From positions 992,001 through 1,056,000 of the forward strand of contig AP024666.1 in assembly GCA_024346625.1 (NCBI GenBank): a stretch of 64,000 bases of DNA. Reading direction: 5' to 3'. Position 1 is the stretch's first letter. Each line of letters begins with the position of its first letter. This DNA comes from Williopsis jadinii (lineage: Eukaryota). Under the pieces are notes generated by a model. That model searched no databases. It was not told the origin of the DNA and saw only the letters and a program-made list of their open reading frames with translations. Positions 41,782-52,429 of this stretch are shown here, in pieces. Position numbers and translations under genes: made by a program.

Positions 41782-43071
41782 ATGTCGATGCAAGAAACGA
41801 CAGCACAGGAGTCGCTCCAGTCAACAAAAGGTTATAGATTAGGAACGGTGTCCAGCATTTTGGGTAACGATAAGAATCTGAATAGCTTGGTGCCGAGTGA
41901 TAGAATGTCAAGGGGGAGTGGCCGGTCTGGGTTGAAGAAGTTTGCGAAATCAATGTGGTTTGACTGGAATGCAAAGCGAACAAGCACCTCCTCCGTTTCC
42001 TCAAACAATACAGTCTCGCAAGTTGTTGATATGGAGCCTTTGTCGTTCTCGCAGAGGTACAGACTTCACCACCATCGTCATTTCACTCAGCACCAAGATA
42101 TCCAGCCTCTGTTTAACAACTCTGAAGCCATGGAGTTCAACCCGTGGGAATTGCATTTCAATGCGTTAGACCTGTCAGGGAGGAAGGCTCCCTTGAGTGA
42201 GCTGACGCTCTCAAATGGGTTGGTTCAATTGTCTTCAAAACAAGGTACAGACGTGTCGAAGATCCTGTCAGGATCTCCATCTAACAATTATAACGAAGAT
42301 GGCACAGTAGTTGGTGCTGACAGTGTACCTCAAGTGGAGAACAAATATGTGGAGAACCCCGTACAGTTACGAGGGAGAAGGGTACTCCTCTTGAAGAACA
42401 TTCCACCATTTGTTGGTATCAAATCAGTTATATCCCAAGTATGTGGAGGTCCCTTACAGAAGATAGTCGTTCAAAGTCAAGGGCAAGAGTATACCAGACT
42501 TGAAGCATCACAAAGGTATTCACCGTATTCGAGACAGCACCTGTCCATTGAACTATGGTTTCTCAGACCTGACGATGCAGTGGCCTTTTACCATTACACC
42601 AGGAGCGGGCTCTTCCTCATAAATGGGTTCCACCATTACCTTGACTGGTCGCCTCAGCATATTCCCCTGAATTCATCAACTGCAACAGGCGAAACGGTTT
42701 ATCATGACCCAGTCCCAAGCGATATAGAAGAGCTCATGTCCAAACATGAGGCTACTAGATGTTTAGTTATTAAAAAGTACATCAGAAAGTCCAGAACACA
42801 AGCAAGGCATTATCCGTCGCCACTTGATCACTTCTCCGCCTTGGATATTGCATCCATAAAGAAGCACTTTGGTGAATTTGGCGATATCGTTGAAATTACA
42901 CCTATGGTTTCAAAGAAGTTGTGCTTATCGATCCATTATTTCGATGTGGAGGCTGCAATCATGGCAAAGGAACTGTTCGAGACCCCGGGAGATGAACTCA
43001 ACTGCCAATATAAGGACTGGAATATCTTCTATGGAAAGGATCCCACGGATAAACCAACAATAGAGGTGTAA
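41782..43071 (+). CDS. SSP2: Sporulation-specific RRM-like protein, Ssp2-like (Smk1 activator)
   Basis: RVLLLKNIP..VISQVCGGPLQKI, ATRCLVIKK, FGEFGDIVEITPM..LSIHYFDV..AIMAK..YGKDPT. MSE sites in promoter. First ATG at 41782. Confidence 0.7.
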   Translation: MSMQETTAQESLQSTKGYRLGTVSSILGNDKNLNSLVPSDRMSRGSGRSGLKKFAKSMWFDWNAKRTSTSSVSSNNTVSQVVDMEPLSFSQRYRLHHHRHFTQHQDIQPLFNNSEAMEFNPWELHFNALDLSGRKAPLSELTLSNGLVQLSSKQGTDVSKILSGSPSNNYNEDGTVVGADSVPQVENKYVENPVQLRGRRVLLLKNIPPFVGIKSVISQVCGGPLQKIVVQSQGQEYTRLEASQRYSPYSRQHLSIELWFLRPDDAVAFYHYTRSGLFLINGFHHYLDWSPQHIPLNSSTATGETVYHDPVPSDIEELMSKHEATRCLVIKKYIRKSRTQARHYPSPLDHFSALDIASIKKHFGEFGDIVEITPMVSKKLCLSIHYFDVEAAIMAKELFETPGDELNCQYKDWNIFYGKDPTDKPTIEV

Positions 43072-43153
43072 CAAATGGTGAATTGTTATTTGAGGCTGCG
43101 GATGAGTGATTGACGCACTAATATGCACTGTTTAAAGCAAGATCGGAGAGTTG

Positions 43154-43202
43154 GTGTGTGGATGTTTCGGTGTCCAGGTGTTTTGGTATATGTCCGGATG
43201 TT
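43154..43202. promoter_or_regulatory. Three Rap1-type 12-mers upstream of ATG29
   Basis: GTGTGTGGATGT at 43154, GTGTCCAGGTGT at 43170, ATGTCCGGATGT at 43190. Confidence 0.6.
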
Positions 43203-43303
43203 GCTTACCAGTACTATTACGAGTTATCATAAGAACCGTTCAATATATGACACATTTCTTCCTAAGCACTCCCAAATAACATAAGTTTTCACCACTACAA
43301 GTC

Positions 43304-44181
43304 ATGAAACAGGTTGTATATCTAAAGATCCCTGTCAATCGTAATGGATTTGTGGATCCAGTAAACGTTCGTATTGACCCAATTGATAGCTGTGAAGTTC
43401 TCAATACTAACAAGTAATAACGTGTAGGTCAACTGGACAAGGGATAAGGAAGATCGCCTATGGAAAGTTTTATCGAAATCTAAGAGGACAGAGGTCAATT
43501 GGGACGCACTGTAAGTTTTGTTCGTTGTGGAACCATAGTGTCTTTGTCGTCATGCTAACAGTATAGCTCAGGAGTAAAGAGTTTGATGTTGGCGTTCGAT
43601 TCCTTCAACAGCAGGCATATTGGCTATATGAACGAGAGTTAGAAGGATTAAGATTCAAACTACAACAGGAGACTGCACTGTCTTCAGATACAATCAAGCA
43701 GAATCAACGAGCCGAAAGTGGGATGAAGAAGGAGGATATATTCCATTCTGGGAAACTGTCCAATGCTAGCATTCCAAATAAGGATAGAGTTCAAGATGAT
43801 TCCTATGAAGATGAGAAAACAGGTACGAGTTCTGGTGAAGACGAAGACGAGGACTCCATAAGTGAACTCCAACAAGGATCAGTACTGCTTCACAAGTCAC
43901 GGATCCTCTCAAGGGCGCCGCCCCGTTTCCAAGACATCAATGATGATAGTGAAGACGAGGAATTGGCACATATCCAAAAATCATCAGACAATAACCACCT
44001 GACTACAGAGAGTTCTACTTCAAACTTGTCATGTATGTATTTGACTATTTTGATCTTTACTCATCTATATGTTATTATTCACAAGTTTTGGTTATGGCTC
44101 TCTTACTGACACAATTATCTAGCTGTTAGTATAACAAAATCCGCATTGGAAGAGGCACTGCTCGATAATGCTCACTTCTAA
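43304..44181 (+). CDS. ATG29: Autophagy protein Atg29; join(43304..43366,43428..43510,43572..44032,44123..44181), 221 aa
   Basis: Three introns, each with a branchpoint. Spliced product MKQVVYLKIPVNRNGFVDPVNVNWTRDKEDRLWKVLS..VNWDALSKEFDVGVRFLQQQAYWLYEREL..SITKSALEEALLDNAHF matches the Atg29 N-domain and C-terminal SALEEAL. Next to SET6/REV3 as in S. cerevisiae. Confidence 0.9.
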
Positions 44182-45260
44182 GCAGAGTCCATAGCTCTTT
44201 CTTCACAACACCTATCACATGCACATTGGAAGAACCAATTCTCGTTCAATGTCTTTTGGCGATACTCAAATGGCTCTTCCGATATCTGGAAATAGTCTAT
44301 GCATAACTGTTCACCTTTCTCAACGTCCTTTATCGTTGTAAAAGTCATCATATTTCCATCTCTTGCCTTTTTCAGGTTTGGTCTACAGGAATGGTTGAAG
44401 TACGATGCCTCAGGTGAAAGCATATAACCCAAGAACTCTTTCTCCTCTGAGGAAGATTCATCTGTTATTTGACGTATTCCAAAGGCATTTCCATATTCAC
44501 GTCCGAATATCAGTCTCAGGGATCCAATAGTGAGTAAAGGTTGTAAATACTCTGGTAAGGATAATCTCAAGAATTTGTACACTAAGGTTTGTGATTTGAG
44601 CAGTACAGGAAACCTGGAGATCTTTTCCAATTCGTTTGATTGTAAATGCTCAAACAACTCGGAGGACTTATGATGTGTATGAAGATTATAAAGCACAAGA
44701 GCAACAAATCTTGCACTGGCATATTCTTCTTCGTTAAGCACTGGTAATTGGTTCGGTCTCTTGGTCTTCTTCATCTTTGATATCTTGTCATCCCATTCTG
44801 ATATTGAGACCCATTCTTTTCCAATGATCTCTTTGCTGATCTCAACGTTGTTGTCTTCTTTCTCGTGGCACTCCTTCAGCTTCATCTGGAAGTTCTGCAG
44901 CATCGACTCATATGTTAGCGTTAGCTCGTTATTTGGATCGAACTGTGTCCAACGGTCGAGGCATTCTTGAGAACAGAACCACAACCCAGCACCCTGGAAT
45001 TTCCTTGTCAATTTGACACCATTCTCCGGCGTGGGTACCTTAAATTTGCAATATTTACCATACTCATAGTGGAAGCAATAGGCACAGACTTCTTTTCTAA
45101 ACTCATACAGTACTGTAGCCCCAAATGCACTCTCTGTCTGAAGAACTGTAGTGTTCTCTGGGATGTCCTTAGATGCAAAACACGCTCTACCTCCCCACTG
45201 GGTCTGTCTAACATCAAAGAGATCAGACACTACAATGGTGGTTGTTTCAGTGGTTGCCAT
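44178..45260 (-). CDS. SET6: SMYD-type SET-domain methyltransferase Set6
   Basis: VRQTQWGGRACFA, FRKEVCAYCF, GAGLWFCSQEC, EYGNAFGI, ASYFNHSCRPN, WFFQCACDRC. Homology-consistent ATG at 45260; upstream in-frame ATG at 45419. Confidence 0.92.
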   Translation of the reverse strand: MATTETTTIVVSDLFDVRQTQWGGRACFASKDIPENTTVLQTESAFGATVLYEFRKEVCAYCFHYEYGKYCKFKVPTPENGVKLTRKFQGAGLWFCSQECLDRWTQFDPNNELTLTYESMLQNFQMKLKECHEKEDNNVEISKEIIGKEWVSISEWDDKISKMKKTKRPNQLPVLNEEEYASARFVALVLYNLHTHHKSSELFEHLQSNELEKISRFPVLLKSQTLVYKFLRLSLPEYLQPLLTIGSLRLIFGREYGNAFGIRQITDESSSEEKEFLGYMLSPEASYFNHSCRPNLKKARDGNMMTFTTIKDVEKGEQLCIDYFQISEEPFEYRQKTLNENWFFQCACDRCCEERAMDSA

Positions 45261-45950
45261 GATCGTTAATGGAGCCACAGTACGAATCAGCTGGTACACT
45301 GGCACTGAAATGATGAGAGTTTTAATGACAAAAAGGTCGAATAAAGCCCTGGTAAGAATTGAAAAAGTTTCGATCGAGATGAGCCAAAATGAATGGTTAA
45401 ATGACCTAATTCGGTACATTTCCTAAAAGGGTTTGAAGTGATGTATCAGAACCGGTTTGTTGATTTCAGAGGAGTTAAAAGCAGATAACTGAGCTCTTTG
45501 ATGGGGATTTGAATGTTTTGCAATATGACTATTACTATGTCATTGAGTTTCTGAGCCAATTGATTATTGTGATCTCTTCAAGAGAGCATGATGTACCAAA
45601 ACCTGTAGTCTTATACAGATATCCATTTACTCTCCTTTAATGCGGCACATATTCTGGCTGCTATAGAAACTAACCCACTATCTCCAGAGCATATAAACTG
45701 TGTTTTCCAACGGCTAACTTAACTGCTGATCTTGTCCTTAGGAAGCCAAGGCCTTCTTTCATCTTCAGCGATGACACCGACCGGGCGGATTTTAAAACTT
45801 CTCGGAAAAAATGTGTTGCAGCGTCGGATAAATCAGCTGTCAAACTTCGAAATGTTCCAACCACAGCAACCTCCCCGCCCATACATTCTCATCAAACAAA
45901 GCCCCGCCTAGTAGAATAAAGCTTTATAAAACAGCAAGAGCAAGAACAGA

Positions 45951-46433
45951 ATGGGCGAATTGACCATTGAAAGCATCAAGAAAACTGAGTCCGAATTGCT
46001 CTTAGACAGCGTTGACAGTGAGGCTATCTACAGCCTTGGAGCAAACGCTAGGAAATTTGCAAACAAGGAGTTCCCAGGCCGTGATATCGTTATAGATATC
46101 ACAAGTGCTACTGGCAATACCCTTTTCAGATCTTACATTGGCTCAATCCTCCCAGACAATGAGCAATGGATTAAGAAGAAGAGAAATACTGTTTTCAGAT
46201 TTGGCATCTCTTCAAAGAGATTTGGATTGGAACTCGCAGCGAAAGGTAGAACACTTGCAGACAAATCGCTGAGTGATTTGGAGTATACAAACTATGGTGG
46301 TGGGTTCCCATTGAAGTTGAAATCTGCTCCAGATTTTGTCTTTGCTGTCTTAACAGTTAGTGGATTGAAAGAGCACGAAGATCACCAGCTCTGTGTTGAT
46401 GCCTTGAACTATCACCTGACCGGTGGTGTTTGA
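45951..46433 (+). CDS. UPF0303 / YBR137W-like protein (HbpS/GlcG-like fold)
   Basis: IVIDI..G..LF, PDNEQWIKKKRNTVFRFG.SS, GGGFPL, LTVSGLKEHEDHQL. Confidence 0.85.
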   Translation: MGELTIESIKKTESELLLDSVDSEAIYSLGANARKFANKEFPGRDIVIDITSATGNTLFRSYIGSILPDNEQWIKKKRNTVFRFGISSKRFGLELAAKGRTLADKSLSDLEYTNYGGGFPLKLKSAPDFVFAVLTVSGLKEHEDHQLCVDALNYHLTGGV

Positions 46434-46470
46434 TGACGTTAAGGAATATCTTTTTTGGCCTCTTATATCC

Positions 46471-49400
46471 TTACCAATCAATGAGTTTTCTCAGTTCTTT
46501 ATTTTTATCTTCAGCCTCTAAAAGCTGGCTTTCAACCTTGATCCTTTGGAAGTGATTAGGACAATCATGAGACTCACAATTGACGGAGATCTCACCGCTG
46601 CAGCTTCGACAAACAACCAACAGATCTTGCATCATCCTCTGTGATTTCTTCAACATCTGTACTGAATTCAGTAGTGTTCCTAGCTCATCCTCCTTACACT
46701 GAGCGCAGAGTCGGCTACTGGATGACCGACCGCAAGAGACACACCGTTTTGAGAAGAACTTGATGTTGCTCTGTGCTTTCTTGGGCATCTCGGTATACCA
46801 TGATTTCACATCAACACCAATAAGGTTGAATATCCTCTCTAGTGGTGGTATCAACGTTTTCACAATGTAATACTCCGCGTCCAATTTCAAACCTTTCTTC
46901 AAAAACTCCTCAGGCGATCTAGCACGTTGCCGTAATATGGATCCAGGCTCCTCTATTATTACATATGGAACACGTTCTTTATACTCAGGCTTGGCTCTTT
47001 CATCTTCCTCCATTTTCTTCTCACTCACAATAGCTCCAGGTGGTGGGTTCTTGTATCGACCAACTTTCACTGCCCGAGCAAAGCAGAAATCCTGGATACA
47101 AAGGTCGTTGTTAATGATTTTCTTGAACTGATCAACCACGTACTCTTTAACCTTGGTGATATCTTGTGTCTCAAATAGCGTTCTGAGACATTTTTCGACA
47201 ATGTATTGCTGCGCTGGGTATCCATCTCTCCGGACCGTTTCAATTCCTTTGGCATCGAACTTTGGTGGTATTCCAAGAGTTTCGTAAGAGTATCCAACGT
47301 ATCTCTTCTTCGCCATCAGTAAGCAAGGATGGTACACCTTTTCGAATTTTAAAGTAACTGGATCTGGGTTCGATTTGGTAACTGTGCTAGCCATCTCATT
47401 GCCAATTCTGAACGCATCTTCCGCACTTCTCCCGGGCAAGTATACGAATAAACTATCGGTATCACCATAAACAACTTTAGCCCCCCATGATGGTTCGGTT
47501 TCAATCATCTCCACAGCCCTCTCAAGAGTTTCTCTCCCTGTCTGCACAATGGCATCAGCAATATCAGAGCAAGGCATACGTCCAGAGAATGATGCCGAAG
47601 TGTATCCATACGTCACGTTTGCTGTGAGCTTCAACGCGAGCTGGCGATTGTCATACAGCTGCTTCATGTTGGCATCCAAATGCTTCATGGTAGCTTTCAC
47701 CATAAACCTGGTATCTAAGATATCCGTCAACATTTTTGCAATCAAAGACTTTCTCACTGATGCGTTGACGAACATCAGTCCGTTGGGACTAAGTGTGATA
47801 TCGTTCTCCAAAAGCTTTAGCAATCCAGGAGGATGCTTCACCTTCCCCGTACCAATAGGGTTGGTTCCCTTTGAATAGTTCTTGAGCCTTCCAAGTAGTG
47901 TGGAGTAGCAGTAGTTATATGCTATAATGATAGACGGGTAAAGCGATTGGAAATCAAGGACCACCAGCGGGCTTTTGTAATACGCAGATATTGGCTCCAT
48001 CACAAGCGGAATACACTCAAGAGGTTTCTGGTTGCGAACTTGCTTCTTGCTGGGACTCAACATCATGAAATTTTCTGCTTTAGCTATACGGATCATCAAC
48101 GATTCCACTTTATACTGTGACCCTCTATAGAACACATCAGTGAAATCAATACCAATCATACGAGCTTCTTCTGTCGCTTTGGAGATGATGTCTGCAGCTT
48201 TCATAAGCTTGAAATCAATCTCAACTCGCTGTTTGAAGAACTTTATGATATCGATGAAGTTTGACTGCCACATATCAGTTAACAGTCTGTGTGTATAGCT
48301 TGGGATTCTCTGGTGCAGTAAATGGAATGCGACATGTTCAACAGAATTTTTGGATAAGTTAAGTGACTTCAATGACCTCCATATATTGATAACGTGTCTT
48401 CCGCAAATCTGGATGCTGGATGTGTGGGTATAGCCCCAGTGGTCGCCCATTTTGCTTAATCCCTTCTTTGAACACCGTGATAGGTCACGGATGAACTCGT
48501 AGTCAAACTTGGACCGAGATCTATCGATGAGGTACCCCCAAGATGAGTTGTGCACTTCATATCCGGACAGAATGTCAGGGTCATACTTCATGACAAGTTG
48601 TGCAAATGACTCTATCATCTCAAACTCGTCCGTGAATGAATCAACTCTTGTTTCTGGTATGGGTCGCTGGTCTGTAGTTAGAACACCATCATGGATAACT
48701 TCCCCGTTACTCAATTTCCAAAATATGGCCTCGACGGGGTCTTCTGTTGGATTTGGCTTCAAATCAGCCCTCGTTCGTACAAACACCTCCACATAAAGCA
48801 CAGACAACTCGTTAAATCCATTTGGAAGCCGTTCCATATCTTCTTGAGAACCAAATTTGAATCCTCTTTTGGCCCTAACTTGAGAATGGTCGTTATAAGA
48901 TGTGACCTCCGTAAGATCTTTTGCAGCAGGTGGCATCTTTGTATATTTCCAAGATTGAATTCTTGATGGATCTTTTGATAAAACCGTACCGTGTTGTTCA
49001 ATAACCAATGAACCGTTACCAAGAGGAATTTGCTTCAAATGGCTCAATAATTTAGACTCCGGGTTGAACTTCTTCCCTGCCTTAATGAATGGCTTGGCTG
49101 GAAGATCGCTGTAAAAGGGGTCTTGATATTGAATCTCTGGCAACCCAATCTCATTGAAGTCTAGGTCAGTTGGTGGTGGCTTTGAGTATATGTATCGATG
49201 GTTTCCGAACTTCACTGAGGGTAAGCTTTGTAGAGAATGCTTCAATGATTGAGATCTGAGTGATTCTGATATCCGTCTCTTCTTGAACCTTCTGCTGAAA
49301 AACTGCGTCAGTTGTAAGTCACTAATCTCTCCGAATGTTATCTCTTCTTCCTCTTTACCATCTTCCATGGACAACGATGGCCCATGCTTTGGTCCTTCTT

Positions 49401-50682
49401 CTTCTTTTGCTTGCTCATCCACTTCTAAATCTTTTTCAAATATATCATGGAGTATATTTGTCTGGTCATCTTGTTGCTGGTAGTAAACGTCGTCATACTC
49501 GTTATATTCAACCTCATTGGTGACATCCTGCTGTTGTGACATTATGTCCAGTTCAGGTTCATAAAACAACTCACCAACGGCTTCAAATGACGTTGGCAAC
49601 GATTTCAGAGATGGATTCTGTTTCACAAAGTTATTGAAATTGAGCTGCTCACTACCAGGATTCAAGCCCTTGATGTAATCAAATAGCAACTTGTTCTGGT
49701 CATCTTCAACCCATTTGACGTCTGGGGATCTCATTGTTGGCTTGGGTGTCAAATAAGCGGGTTCACCAACTATTTTCCTTTGAAATTCACCATCTTTCCA
49801 CAGATCTTTAGTACTTTGGATGTATATGAACTCGGGATCGATCTGCGTGAACTTCTCCACGAAATCGTGATGCAAATGGCGTTCTTTCAAGTCCAACCTG
49901 TTCAAGATATGCTGTGCACAAGTATCAATCTCGAGTGCTGATCTTCCGATTCTCGGTACTTCAACAGTATGGTACCCCATCATGTACTCCACGAGTTCAT
50001 CAGTTTTCAGGCTCTCGTCAGTTAGCACGGGCAGTCTAATGAATAGCTCCTGAAGCTTCAGCCACCCACATCCAAATAGGTTGAAGTCGCTGAGAAACTG
50101 TAGCCCATAGGGGATATGTGCACCGAAAACCTCATACTTTTTGCCCAGTGCACCATCTCTCAAGAGGTCTGCCACTCTGTTGAGATAAGACGGATTCAGC
50201 AAGTAGATCTTGAAGAAGGATGTATACCCAATATGATAGCCATAAAACCTTGTGCCTTTACATATGGAGACATGTGCGATGTACTTTAGAGACACATCTG
50301 ATCTATCCCTTGGCTCTTCATCCACATCACCACATTCACCCTCCACATGCTTCTTTCTCCTTAGAGACTCTGCCACAACGGCCTCCAACCTCATCTGTAA
50401 CGATAGGCAGTCCTCCTCTTCATAGGGGATATAAAGGTACGGAAACACACCATGGATGTGCACCAGTATCCTATGACCTGTGGGTAAGCTCCCATAGACC
50501 CTCACAACAGGCACATGGTGGTAAGTGTTCCCACCAGCGGCCTCGCTTTGCGATGATGGCGATGACGTCCTGTCAAAAACGGTTGGAGTTGACTGGTAGA
50601 AGTCGTAGTTGTTGATCTGGACCTTGAACCCCACCTCCTGAGTATCACCAGACGTGGCTAACAGCTCCTTCCTTTTCTCCAT
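46471..50682 (-). CDS. REV3: DNA polymerase zeta catalytic subunit
   Basis: HIHGVFPYLY, RGSQYKVES, VLDFQSLYPS, KLTANVTYGYTSASFSGRMPC, YGDTDS, C-terminal CysA/CysB. First ATG at 50682. Confidence 0.97.
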   Translation of the reverse strand: MEKRKELLATSGDTQEVGFKVQINNYDFYQSTPTVFDRTSSPSSQSEAAGGNTYHHVPVVRVYGSLPTGHRILVHIHGVFPYLYIPYEEEDCLSLQMRLEAVVAESLRRKKHVEGECGDVDEEPRDRSDVSLKYIAHVSICKGTRFYGYHIGYTSFFKIYLLNPSYLNRVADLLRDGALGKKYEVFGAHIPYGLQFLSDFNLFGCGWLKLQELFIRLPVLTDESLKTDELVEYMMGYHTVEVPRIGRSALEIDTCAQHILNRLDLKERHLHHDFVEKFTQIDPEFIYIQSTKDLWKDGEFQRKIVGEPAYLTPKPTMRSPDVKWVEDDQNKLLFDYIKGLNPGSEQLNFNNFVKQNPSLKSLPTSFEAVGELFYEPELDIMSQQQDVTNEVEYNEYDDVYYQQQDDQTNILHDIFEKDLEVDEQAKEEEGPKHGPSLSMEDGKEEEEITFGEISDLQLTQFFSRRFKKRRISESLRSQSLKHSLQSLPSVKFGNHRYIYSKPPPTDLDFNEIGLPEIQYQDPFYSDLPAKPFIKAGKKFNPESKLLSHLKQIPLGNGSLVIEQHGTVLSKDPSRIQSWKYTKMPPAAKDLTEVTSYNDHSQVRAKRGFKFGSQEDMERLPNGFNELSVLYVEVFVRTRADLKPNPTEDPVEAIFWKLSNGEVIHDGVLTTDQRPIPETRVDSFTDEFEMIESFAQLVMKYDPDILSGYEVHNSSWGYLIDRSRSKFDYEFIRDLSRCSKKGLSKMGDHWGYTHTSSIQICGRHVINIWRSLKSLNLSKNSVEHVAFHLLHQRIPSYTHRLLTDMWQSNFIDIIKFFKQRVEIDFKLMKAADIISKATEEARMIGIDFTDVFYRGSQYKVESLMIRIAKAENFMMLSPSKKQVRNQKPLECIPLVMEPISAYYKSPLVVLDFQSLYPSIIIAYNYCYSTLLGRLKNYSKGTNPIGTGKVKHPPGLLKLLENDITLSPNGLMFVNASVRKSLIAKMLTDILDTRFMVKATMKHLDANMKQLYDNRQLALKLTANVTYGYTSASFSGRMPCSDIADAIVQTGRETLERAVEMIETEPSWGAKVVYGDTDSLFVYLPGRSAEDAFRIGNEMASTVTKSNPDPVTLKFEKVYHPCLLMAKKRYVGYSYETLGIPPKFDAKGIETVRRDGYPAQQYIVEKCLRTLFETQDITKVKEYVVDQFKKIINNDLCIQDFCFARAVKVGRYKNPPPGAIVSEKKMEEDERAKPEYKERVPYVIIEEPGSILRQRARSPEEFLKKGLKLDAEYYIVKTLIPPLERIFNLIGVDVKSWYTEMPKKAQSNIKFFSKRCVSCGRSSSSRLCAQCKEDELGTLLNSVQMLKKSQRMMQDLLVVCRSCSGEISVNCESHDCPNHFQRIKVESQLLEAEDKNKELRKLIDW

Positions 50683-50845
50683 AACATCACTGTTGTGCTT
50701 CAACGCCTGTTCCAAGTGTGGACTCTCACCGTTTGTTGTTGTTTGTTGTTTGTACGCTGTTGCTGGCGCGACGGATGTTTTCCCTCATCTCTTGCACTTT
50801 TGCATCATCACCAGCGAGTAGTAAAGGGAAGGCTCTGGACGCACA

Positions 50846-52129
50846 ATGAAACGGTTTTACAGCGTCTCTCAAAGACGATTCACGTCCTCTGTGCTCAGTG
50901 CGATCTCACAAGGCTCCAAGTCTGAGTTTGAGAGCACCATAAGCTCAAATGGTGTTCTTGAAAGGCTATGGCGTACAAGAGCAACCCTACCATCTTCGCA
51001 GGCTAAGACCGATGATGTTGTGAATGCAAGCTCAACGCTGCCGATAGTCCTTCGTACTAAAGAAGCTGTGTTCCATGACGTTGCAAAGGAGAATGCGAGC
51101 CTCGAAGGAGTGGCTCTCAAGGTGAAACAGTTCACTACTTACTTCAAGTCTGTGATTTACTTCTATAGAGTTGGTATTCAGAACGTGTGGCGTAATCGGA
51201 AGGAGTCAAAGCTTATCAAGGAACGCTATAACGTTGAAGTTGTGACTACTGGTGGTAAAGTCATCAAGAGACAGATACGTAACGGGAAAGATATGGTCAA
51301 TGCGCTCGTTTCCCTGGAAAACTTTGAAAGAGTGGAACAGGAAGCGTTGAAGGTTGTTGATCCGAGAATTGTACTGAACATTACAAGAAAGGAGTTCCAA
51401 ACTGTCTTGAGAACTGAGAAGGATTTCTTCAAGATACCTTTGTTTGCATTGATCCTGGTTATCTTTGCAGAGATGACTCCATTGTTGTGCTTCCTGGTCC
51501 CTGAGATCACCCCGGCCACCTGTGTATTCCCAGGGCTGATTAAAAAGATGAATAAGCATGCTATTACGGCACAAGAAACATTGTCCAAGTTACGCAAAGA
51601 GCGTTACTATGATGAGTACTACTCCAAAGGTGAAACCCTCTTCCAAAGTGTGGAAAAGTTGCCAGACGATGAGCTCAGGTTGTTAGCGCAATCTCTCAGG
51701 TTGACGTCGAGATACGTTCCAATAGGACTATACCCAGCATCAATCTTACAGAATAGACTCATGGATAAGTACAACGAAATCAAAGTCGACAACTATTTCC
51801 TTGTATCATCAGAGGGACAGAATATGTGGAGTTTGAACAAGAATGAACTTACGAGAGCTTGTCTCGACCGTGGCTTGATCGATTTTACTAAGGACGATTT
51901 AACCCACATTGGTTCCCATGAGTTGAGATTGAGATTGTTCTTCTTCTTGGGAATGTTTGAGAATGAGAAGAGTATAGGCAACGTTGGTCTATTTGCGTTG
52001 AACTTCTTAAGCTTGTCGGAATCGGTTCACTTCAACACCATTAAGCAAAAGGATGCACATGAGTTAAACCATTGGTGGGTAGAGGAACATAGGGAAGAGA
52101 TCAAACACAGCTCGGAGAAGTCAAAGTGA
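50846..52129 (+). CDS. PNT1: Mitochondrial LETM1-like protein (Pnt1/Mrx4-like)
   Basis: Presequence, FYRVGIQNVWRN, TRKEFQTVLRTEKDFFKIPLFALIL..EMTPL, ELTRACLDRGL. Adjacent to HRK1 as PNT1 is in S. cerevisiae. Confidence 0.65.
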   Translation: MKRFYSVSQRRFTSSVLSAISQGSKSEFESTISSNGVLERLWRTRATLPSSQAKTDDVVNASSTLPIVLRTKEAVFHDVAKENASLEGVALKVKQFTTYFKSVIYFYRVGIQNVWRNRKESKLIKERYNVEVVTTGGKVIKRQIRNGKDMVNALVSLENFERVEQEALKVVDPRIVLNITRKEFQTVLRTEKDFFKIPLFALILVIFAEMTPLLCFLVPEITPATCVFPGLIKKMNKHAITAQETLSKLRKERYYDEYYSKGETLFQSVEKLPDDELRLLAQSLRLTSRYVPIGLYPASILQNRLMDKYNEIKVDNYFLVSSEGQNMWSLNKNELTRACLDRGLIDFTKDDLTHIGSHELRLRLFFFLGMFENEKSIGNVGLFALNFLSLSESVHFNTIKQKDAHELNHWWVEEHREEIKHSSEKSK

Positions 52130-52429
52130 AATATGGTATCTATTATCAGCAACCATTCTATTTATAAAACGTTATTCTACAACGATTAGGTCTTTCATTC
52201 TAGAGTAGTAAAAACAAACGTGTATCAAAATATGTAAGTGTAGTGTATGGAATAATAAAAGGGGATTATGTGATGCAACATTGCATAAGTATCGTTAAAA
52301 CAGAGTTGTGTATAGCATAGAATGTACCAAAATGTATGTGTGTATGTATAATATATGTATGAAAAGAATTTTGCAGTCAGATTAAGGAGGCATAGAATGA
52401 CATCCAGAAACGGAGTAAAAGATCCTCAC

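Noticed and set aside
43723..44109. Standalone 128-aa acidic ORF
   Set aside because: It is part of exon 3 plus retained intron 3 of ATG29.
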